A stretch of DNA of 64,000 nt. Source: Ignavibacteria bacterium (lineage in GTDB: Bacteria; Bacteroidota; Ignavibacteria; Ignavibacteriales; Melioribacteraceae). Under the pieces are notes generated by a model. It was given only the letters and a program-made list of their open reading frames with translations. It was not told the origin of the DNA and did no database searches. The translations under genes and the position numbers were made by a program. The stretch lies in assembly GCA_016873835.1 (NCBI GenBank), contig VGVY01000004.1, positions 10,157 through 74,156 of the forward strand, given 5' to 3'. Below are positions 57,881 to 64,000 of this stretch, piece by piece. The first letter of the stretch is position 1; each line of letters opens with the position of its first letter.

Positions 57881-58705
57881 ATGGAAAAGAAGTGGGCACT
57901 TATTCTTGGTGCTTCAAGTGGTTTTGGCGGTGCTTCTGCTATTGAATTAGCAAAAGCTGGTTATAGTATTTTTGGTGTGCATCTTGACCGCCAGGCAACT
58001 ATGCCGCAAGTTCAACAAATAATTAAAAAAATTGAGAAGACTGGACAACATGCTGTTTTCTTTAATATAAATGCAGCAGATCAAATAAAAAGAAATGATA
58101 CTTTAGATGAAATTAAAGAAAGGTTTGCTTCTAAGGATTATCCTCATGTTCATGTGCTAATTCATTCATTAGCTTTTGGAACATTAAAACCTTACATCAC
58201 AAAAAATATTAATGAAGCAATAACCCCGGCACAAATGTCAATGACTGTTGATGTTATGGCACATTCACTTGTTTATTGGACTCAAGGATTAGTAGCAAGA
58301 AATTTATTTGCTGTTGGCGGAAGAATTTTTGCTTTAACAAGCGCTGGTTCACATACAGTTATTCCGAATTATGGAGCTGTTTCTGCTGCGAAAGCTGCAC
58401 TTGAATCCCACATTCGTCAGCTTGCTGTTGAATTGGGGAACATGAAAGTTGCATGTAATTCAATTATGGCTGGAGTAACTGATACACCAGCTGGAAGAAA
58501 AATTCCAATGTTTGATAAAATGCTGCATTCTGCAAAATCGAAAAATCCTCACAACAGATTAACAACACCCGAGGATGTTGCTAAAGCAATTGTTTCACTG
58601 TGCCACGAAAATTGCGGTTGGATTTCCGGAAATGTAATTGGTGTTGATGGCGCTGAATATGTTGTTAATTACATTGGTGAAAAAACAACAAATATCTTAA
58701 AATAA
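57881..58705 (+). CDS. SDR-family enoyl-ACP reductase-like protein (FabL-like, Y-x6-K)
   Basis: ALILGASSGFG dinucleotide motif. The active-site spacing YGAVSAAK (Y-x6-K) is the enoyl-reductase type rather than the classical YxxxK. Confidence 0.55.
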   Translation: MEKKWALILGASSGFGGASAIELAKAGYSIFGVHLDRQATMPQVQQIIKKIEKTGQHAVFFNINAADQIKRNDTLDEIKERFASKDYPHVHVLIHSLAFGTLKPYITKNINEAITPAQMSMTVDVMAHSLVYWTQGLVARNLFAVGGRIFALTSAGSHTVIPNYGAVSAAKAALESHIRQLAVELGNMKVACNSIMAGVTDTPAGRKIPMFDKMLHSAKSKNPHNRLTTPEDVAKAIVSLCHENCGWISGNVIGVDGAEYVVNYIGEKTTNILK

Positions 58706-58719
58706 ATTACGGTATTTCA

Positions 58720-59862
58720 ATGACTGAATTTTCATTTACAGAAGAACAGAATATGCTTCGCGAAATGACTCGCGATTTTGTTAATAACGAAATAAAACCA
58801 ATTTCATCAAAAATAGATGCTGAGGAAAAAATTCCAGATGAACTAATAAAGAAATTAGGAGAACTCGGTTTTCTCGGAGTTTCATTTCCTGAGGAATACG
58901 GCGGCGGCGGTTTTGGAGAAATTGGCTACTGCATTATGCAAGAAGAAATTGCGCGCGGTTGTATGTCAACTGCTACTTTCATTGGAGCTCATCAATCGAT
59001 TGGTGCAAACACAATTTATATTGGTGGTGATGAAGATCAAAAGAAAAAATATTTAACTCCTCTTGCAAAAGGAGAAAAGATAGGAGCTTTTTGTCTAACA
59101 GAAGCTCAAGCTGGTTCTGATTCCTTTAATGTTAGAACTAGAGCAATTTTGGATGGCAATGAATGGGTTATCAATGGTGAAAAATTATGGATTACGAATG
59201 GAGGTATTGCAGATATTGTTTCAGTTTTTGCAAGAACTGAAAAAGGAGTAAGCGCATTTATAGTTGAAACAAATACACCTGGATTTTATGCTGGACCTCC
59301 GGAAAAGAAAATGGGTATTAAAGGTAGCACAACAAATCCTATTACATTTGATAATGTACGAATTCCAAAAGAAAATCTTGTTGGAAGAGATGGACGTGGT
59401 TTTCTATTAGCAATGAAAACTTTAGATGCTGGAAGATTGGGTCTTGGCGCTGCTTGTTTAGGTGCTGCTAAAGAATTGCTGGAAATGTCTACTTCGTATT
59501 CAAAACAGAGAAAACAATTTGACCAGACAATCTCACATTTTCAAGCAGTACAGTTTATGCTGGCAGAAATGGCAACAATGGTCTATGCAATGGAATCAAT
59601 GATTTACAGAACAGCCGTAGATTATGATTTAAAAAAAGATGTATCACGTCAATCTGCAATTGTAAAATTATATTGTTCAGAATCCCTTGATACTATTGCA
59701 GATTTAGCAGTACAAATTCATGGAGGGATGGGCTATTCACGTGAACTGCCAATTGAAAGATATTACAGAGATTCAAGAATTAATAAAATTTTTGAAGGTA
59801 CAAATGAAATTCAAAAAGGCATTATTGCACGAGAAATAATTAAAAAAGGGGGAGTAGTTTAA
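58720..59862 (+). CDS. Acyl-CoA dehydrogenase (short/branched-chain type)
   Basis: 380 aa with motifs GAFCLTEAQAGSD, WITNGG and QIHGGMGY, plus the C-terminal catalytic region IFEGTNEIQ. Confidence 0.9.
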   Translation: MTEFSFTEEQNMLREMTRDFVNNEIKPISSKIDAEEKIPDELIKKLGELGFLGVSFPEEYGGGGFGEIGYCIMQEEIARGCMSTATFIGAHQSIGANTIYIGGDEDQKKKYLTPLAKGEKIGAFCLTEAQAGSDSFNVRTRAILDGNEWVINGEKLWITNGGIADIVSVFARTEKGVSAFIVETNTPGFYAGPPEKKMGIKGSTTNPITFDNVRIPKENLVGRDGRGFLLAMKTLDAGRLGLGAACLGAAKELLEMSTSYSKQRKQFDQTISHFQAVQFMLAEMATMVYAMESMIYRTAVDYDLKKDVSRQSAIVKLYCSESLDTIADLAVQIHGGMGYSRELPIERYYRDSRINKIFEGTNEIQKGIIAREIIKKGGVV

Positions 59863-59882
59863 TTTAAGGAGATGATAAAGAA

Positions 59883-60206
59883 ATGAAACCAATTACATTT
59901 ACAGATGACAACTTTGAAAACGAAGTTTTAAAATCTGATCAACCAGTAATCGTAGATTTTTGGGCAGCTTGGTGCGGACCTTGCAGAATGATAGCGCCAA
60001 TTATTGAGGAACTGTCAAATGAATTTGACGGCAAGGTTAAAATTGGAAAACTTGATGTAGATGATAATCAACAAACAGCGATTAAATATGGCGTAAGAAG
60101 TATACCAACAGTTTTATTTCTTCAGAATGGAGAAGTTAAAGACACTATTATTGGTGCAGTTCCAAAACAAATGTTTACGGATAAGATTAATAAATTATTA
60201 TCCTAA
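59883..60206 (+). CDS. trxA: Thioredoxin
   Basis: 107 aa with the WCGPC active site and IPTVLFLQNGE. Confidence 0.95.
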   Translation: MKPITFTDDNFENEVLKSDQPVIVDFWAAWCGPCRMIAPIIEELSNEFDGKVKIGKLDVDDNQQTAIKYGVRSIPTVLFLQNGEVKDTIIGAVPKQMFTDKINKLLS

Positions 60207-60211
60207 GTGAA

Positions 60212-61201
60212 ATGGTAAATTTATTCACACATTTTTTTTTACTTATTTCTATTGCTCTAACCTTTGGACAAAACCCAAACTGGTTAATTCTTCAAAAGGA
60301 CAGTTCGGGTTTGCCTACAAATGGAATCCGCGGAGTAGTTCAAGATAAAAAGGGAAACTACTGGATTCTTACTTACGATGCTGGTCTTGTAAAATATGAT
60401 TTAAAATCGTGGACAATTTTTAACACAAAAAATTCTCCTCTACCTCACAATTATGTTTACAGTTTAGCTTTCGATAAAAATGAAAATTTATGGATTGGAA
60501 CTTACGGCGGCGGGGTTGCAGTATTTGATCAGAAAAAAACCTGGAAGATATTTAATAGATCAAATTCTAAATTACCTTGTAACTGGATCTATTCAATAAT
60601 CGTGGATCATAATTCAAATATCTGGGTCGGAACTTTTTCTGGTGGAATGGCAAAATTTGATGGTACTGAGTGGGAAGTGTTTAATAAAGAAAATTCACCA
60701 CTTACTCAAAACAAAGTAACAATTCTTTACGAAGATAAAAATAATCTGCTTTGGATTGGGACTGCAGAAATGTTTTTTTGGATAAAAGACGGAAAATGGA
60801 TAACTGAAAAAGAAATGAATTATGGATCTCTTGATTACGCTGCTTATTGGATAACATCGGACAAAAAAAATAGAATAATATTTGGTTACAAGTTTGGTAG
60901 TCTTGTTATATATGACGGTGAAAAATTTGAAATTCTAAATCCGCAAAATTCTAAAATGCCGATTGAAGGATTCTACGGTGTTGCTTCAGATTTTAATGAT
61001 GTAATTTGGGCTGGTACATTTGGTCAAGGTGTTGTAAGATATGACGGTGTATCGTTTAAAACTTTTAGAAGTGGAAGTTCTCCTTTATCTGATGATTTAG
61101 TTTTTAATATTTTCGTTGATAATAAAAACAACAAATGGTTTTCTACTCTTCGAGGTGGAATCTCTATTTTCAATGAAAACGGGGTGATATTAAATCGTTG
61201 A
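60212..61201 (+). CDS. Secreted beta-propeller protein made of two-component-regulator propeller (Reg_prop) repeats, stand-alone
   Basis: Signal-like N-terminus. Repeated units of about 45 aa carry W[IV]GT..GG...[FY]D (NLWIGTYGGGVAVFD, NIWVGTFSGGMAKFD, VIWAGTFGQGVVRYD, NKWFSTLRGGISIFN). Confidence 0.7.
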   Translation: MVNLFTHFFLLISIALTFGQNPNWLILQKDSSGLPTNGIRGVVQDKKGNYWILTYDAGLVKYDLKSWTIFNTKNSPLPHNYVYSLAFDKNENLWIGTYGGGVAVFDQKKTWKIFNRSNSKLPCNWIYSIIVDHNSNIWVGTFSGGMAKFDGTEWEVFNKENSPLTQNKVTILYEDKNNLLWIGTAEMFFWIKDGKWITEKEMNYGSLDYAAYWITSDKKNRIIFGYKFGSLVIYDGEKFEILNPQNSKMPIEGFYGVASDFNDVIWAGTFGQGVVRYDGVSFKTFRSGSSPLSDDLVFNIFVDNKNNKWFSTLRGGISIFNENGVILNR

Positions 61202-61296
61202 AATTTTAATAGAGTTTAACTAGCATAAGTTAAAATACTAGTTGTAATAAGGTCGAAATTCATAAAAAATTGTAGAAATACTACTCAATAAAGACC

Positions 61297-61325
61297 TTGA
61301 CAAAGACTACATTAGATATTATTTT
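61297..61325 (+). promoter_or_regulatory. Sigma70-like promoter candidate P1 in the 444-bp gap upstream of the TonB-dependent receptor
   Basis: TTGACA (61297-61302), 17-nt spacer, TATTTT (61320-61325). Confidence 0.35.
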
Positions 61326-61376
61326 GATTATGAGAAAGGGGACTTCTCAAAAAATCTTCGAAATCCAATAAAAAAC

Positions 61377-61405
61377 TTGACTAAGAAAGTGTATAGGGTT
61401 ATCTT
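61377..61405 (+). promoter_or_regulatory. Sigma70-like promoter candidate P2, 80 bp downstream of P1
   Basis: TTGACT (61377-61382), 17-nt spacer, TATCTT (61400-61405). The flanks resemble P1 (CTTGAC-A/T-AAGA). Confidence 0.35.
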
Positions 61406-61645
61406 GAGTTCAATGCAATCAAGAAAAATAACTTTCAATATAAATTTCGGATTAGACAATACGATATTTCAAATGGTTCCGGATTTTTTCATGGAAAAAT
61501 TCACTACTATTTCTCAATGTTTATCTTCATTAAATAAATAAAAATAAAAATCTAAAAAGAAGGAGGTAGTTATTGAGTATTAATTACAAGTTTTCACTTC
61601 AAACAAACCCTTTCTTAATTAAATTAACAAATTAAGGAGTATAGT

Positions 61646-64000
61646 ATGCATCGAAAGATTTTTTACTTTTTGCTATTTCTTGCTCTTTGTCCAGTTTTAC
61701 TCACTGCTGGTACAAAGGGTAGAATTAAGGGAAAAGTAGTTGATTTGCAAACTGGCGAAGCGCTGATTGGTGCCAACGTAATTGTTATGGGAACCACAAC
61801 CGGTGCTGCTACAGATGCAAGTGGCGAATTTCTCTTGCAGAACCTTGAAGCTGGTGTTTACACTGTAAGAGCTTCATATTTAGGTTTTCAATCAATTACA
61901 ATTTCCAATGTGAGAGTTAATGCAGACCTTACAACATATGTATCATTTGAACTTCCAAGTGAGGACATTCAAGTAGGTACTGTAGAAATTGTCGCTCAGA
62001 AACCACTCATACAAAAAGATGCTACTAATGCAGTGCGCATTACAACTAGTGAAGATATTCAAGCTCTTCCAGTTCGTGGTGTTAACAGCATTATTAGTTT
62101 AACAGCTGGTGTAGTTAATCAAAATGGTGTTATCTACATCCGTGGTGGTAGAAGTGACGAAGTTGGATACTACTTAGAGGGTGTTTCAGTAACAAACCCG
62201 ATTTCTGGTGGTAATGCAGTTAGAGTTTCTCAAGATGCTCTTGAAGAAATTCAAGTTCAATCTGGTGGTTACACTGCTGAATTTGGTGGTGCTAATGCTG
62301 GTATTATTCGTCAGCAATTCAAATCCGGCGGACCACAATTAAAAGCTAGCTTTGAATACATAACTGATAACGTAACTTTCAAAAGCAAAGCTGATGCTTA
62401 TGATGGAACAAAACGCTTAGGTGCTCATTGGTGGGGTTACAATGAAATGAGTGCTGTATTGAGCGGTCCATTATTCGGCAACACGATAAAATTCTTTGGT
62501 AACTTTAATTATGTTTATAACAAAGATGGAGATCCACAACCTTGGCCAGGTGTAAACATTGGCAAGATTGGTGATCCAACATCATTAGATACTATTAACT
62601 TTGTTTATCCAGCCGGTCCATTAATGGGTGTTCAAGGTCAAACTTATACATACACTGGAACACTTAATATGGATTTCAAGCCAATCTTAGTTAGATTGAC
62701 TGGAACATATACTTCTAATAGCGGTGACTCTGGCGGAGGAGGAATTGGAAACTTCTTACAAACACGACGCGGCAGAAATGAAAATTCCAACGGATCATTC
62801 TCCGTAAAATTAACACACGTATTAAGTCCATCTATGTTCTATGAATTATCAGCTGGATATTATACACAAGAAAGTGAAACCTTTACTCCTGGTTTAGGGT
62901 CAGATTATTGGGCTTATGGCGACAGCGTTGCTAACGCAGCTGCTGGCTGGACAATCCCAAGATCTGCACAAGATAGAACTGTTGGTAGAGTTGGAAGATA
63001 TGTAACGCCAACAACAATTAACATTCTTGGTTTCACCTTTACCCGTGATGGCGCAGTTCCAACCGGTTATGGTAAACTGAACAGAAAAAGTATGTCATTT
63101 AACGGCGCATTATCTTTCTTGCTAGGAAAGAGCCATTCATTCAAAATTGGCGGTGAGTATCAACAATATACACTTCGTAGTTGGGGAGTTGGCGGTCAAA
63201 CTGGTTTAGCAGCAAAAGTTGCTAACTATCAACCGAGCGCACAATATCCAACTTTAGAAGCTTACAATCGCCAATTGTTAATAACTAACGGTGTTAGTAA
63301 TTACGGTTATGATGTATTCGGCAACGAATATGACGGAGATGGATTCGACACTCCTCATAAACCAGTATTTGCTTCTGCTTATATTCAAGATAGAATTGAG
63401 TATGAAGATCTTATCATCAATGCTGGTTTAAGATATGACTATATTGATATCGACAACTTAATGTTTGTTGATCCAAGTTTGCCTGATTTAGCAATTGATA
63501 ATACTTCGGGTGAATTAAAAGCTGCTGGTTGGCAAGATGTACCAGTGTTCAGTGCTGTCAGTCCGCGTCTTGGTTTCTCATTCCCAGTTACAGACAAGAC
63601 AGTATTTCACGCACAATTTGGTAAATTCGTTCAACAACCATCATTAAATACTGCTTATACCGGTTATTATAGATTAGGATTTGAAATAAAGGGTGGTTTC
63701 TTTATTCCCCAACCATCTGGTGCTAACATTAGACCAACAAGAACCACTCAATATGAATTAGGTTTTACTCAACAATTAACTGATTTCATGTCTTTCGATA
63801 TTACTGGTTATTACAGAGATATTAGAGACAACGTTCAGTATACAAATATTCCAGTTCAAAGAACCTCTGCGTTCCAAAATTATAACACACTGCAGAATGG
63901 TGACTATGCAACAACCAAGGGTATTGAATTTACTCTTAACATGCGCAGATATCAAAGATTAGCGGCTAATGCTAATATTTCATTCCAGGATGCGCGCGGT
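61646..64000 (+). CDS. TonB-dependent outer-membrane receptor with N-terminal carboxypeptidase-regulatory-like domain (3-prime end outside window)
   Basis: Not in the ORF track because it runs off the window. ATG 61646 follows AAGGAG. It has a signal peptide, the CarbopepD_reg-like GRIKGKVVDLQTGEALIGANVIV...DASGEFLLQNLEAGVYTVRASYLGF, and the plug motif IYIRGGRSDEVGYYLEGVSV. The frame is open for 785 codons to position 64000. Confidence 0.85.
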   Translation, partial: MHRKIFYFLLFLALCPVLLTAGTKGRIKGKVVDLQTGEALIGANVIVMGTTTGAATDASGEFLLQNLEAGVYTVRASYLGFQSITISNVRVNADLTTYVSFELPSEDIQVGTVEIVAQKPLIQKDATNAVRITTSEDIQALPVRGVNSIISLTAGVVNQNGVIYIRGGRSDEVGYYLEGVSVTNPISGGNAVRVSQDALEEIQVQSGGYTAEFGGANAGIIRQQFKSGGPQLKASFEYITDNVTFKSKADAYDGTKRLGAHWWGYNEMSAVLSGPLFGNTIKFFGNFNYVYNKDGDPQPWPGVNIGKIGDPTSLDTINFVYPAGPLMGVQGQTYTYTGTLNMDFKPILVRLTGTYTSNSGDSGGGGIGNFLQTRRGRNENSNGSFSVKLTHVLSPSMFYELSAGYYTQESETFTPGLGSDYWAYGDSVANAAAGWTIPRSAQDRTVGRVGRYVTPTTINILGFTFTRDGAVPTGYGKLNRKSMSFNGALSFLLGKSHSFKIGGEYQQYTLRSWGVGGQTGLAAKVANYQPSAQYPTLEAYNRQLLITNGVSNYGYDVFGNEYDGDGFDTPHKPVFASAYIQDRIEYEDLIINAGLRYDYIDIDNLMFVDPSLPDLAIDNTSGELKAAGWQDVPVFSAVSPRLGFSFPVTDKTVFHAQFGKFVQQPSLNTAYTGYYRLGFEIKGGFFIPQPSGANIRPTRTTQYELGFTQQLTDFMSFDITGYYRDIRDNVQYTNIPVQRTSAFQNYNTLQNGDYATTKGIEFTLNMRRYQRLAANANISFQDARG

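Noticed and set aside
60232-60240. T9 homopolymer in codons 7-10 of the propeller gene as a possible slipped-strand phase-variation switch
   Set aside because: Homopolymers of 8-9 nt also occur inside essential genes here (for example A8/A9 runs in ftsI near 15020 and 15170). In this AT-rich genome the tract alone is not evidence of phase variation.
61202-61645. Cobalamin or other riboswitch upstream of the TonB-dependent receptor
   Set aside because: The region is almost entirely A/T. I could not find a B12-box-like GC-rich core or any other conserved riboswitch core by eye. A covariance-model scan would be needed to exclude it formally.
1-64000. Search for CRISPR arrays, transposases, integrases, prophage genes, toxin-antitoxin pairs or known defence systems
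   Set aside because: No repeat-spacer periodicity, long direct or terminal inverted repeats, or recombinase, toxin or defence-type ORFs were seen on either strand. Every ORF above about 100 aa that is not antisense to a confident gene has an ordinary assignment or is a membrane hypothetical.

Overview
AT-rich bacterial chromosomal window. The gene content suggests a diderm of the FCB group (Ignavibacteria/Bacteroidota-like); this is inference only. Four blocks. (i) 1-12.9 kb is a mixed region: the 3-prime part of a UvrD/AddA-type helicase-nuclease, a cell-wall amidase, a POT peptide transporter and an IMPDH/GMP-reductase-family enzyme. On the minus strand sits a copper module: two single-pass membrane paralogs, an HMA-AraC regulator, CopZ and CopA. 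These are followed by HU/IHF, a zinc-ribbon/TPR protein, an unlisted 31-aa K/R-rich ORF and tRNA-Thr(CGU). (ii) 13.0-29.2 kb is a complete, tightly packed dcw cluster: mraZ-rsmH-ftsL-ftsI-murE-murF-mraY-murD-ftsW-murG-murC-ftsQ-ftsA-ftsZ, with no murB or ddl. It ends in an unlisted 33-aa membrane micro-ORF and a long hairpin terminator. (iii) 30.0-50.9 kb is a roughly 20-kb Wzx/Wzy-type polysaccharide locus. It is headed by a decayed four-helix-bundle (23S-IVS-type) gene and contains rfbB, eight glycosyltransferases, an OPX/Wza-like exporter, a Wzz-like co-polymerase, two MOP flippases (the second with a broken 5-prime end) and a Wzy-like polymerase. It also holds an LhgO-like flavoenzyme, a WbaP-type initiating transferase, a soluble polyprenol-phosphate sugar synthase, and a GT2 fused to a degenerate WbaP-like scaffold. 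(iv) 50.9-64 kb is housekeeping: accA, a thioesterase, a third flippase, dut, dnaE, a FabL-like reductase, an acyl-CoA dehydrogenase and trxA. It ends with a secreted Reg_prop beta-propeller and a TonB-dependent receptor that runs off the window. I saw no CRISPR array, transposase, integrase, rRNA or recognisable defence system, and I cannot point to a clear-cut new multi-gene system. The most unusual items are the GT2::pseudo-phosphoglycosyltransferase fusion and its coupled three-gene module, the frame-broken second flippase, the HMA-AraC regulator next to copZA, and several small unannotated ORFs or regulatory motifs. All family assignments come from reading motifs by eye; no searches were run.
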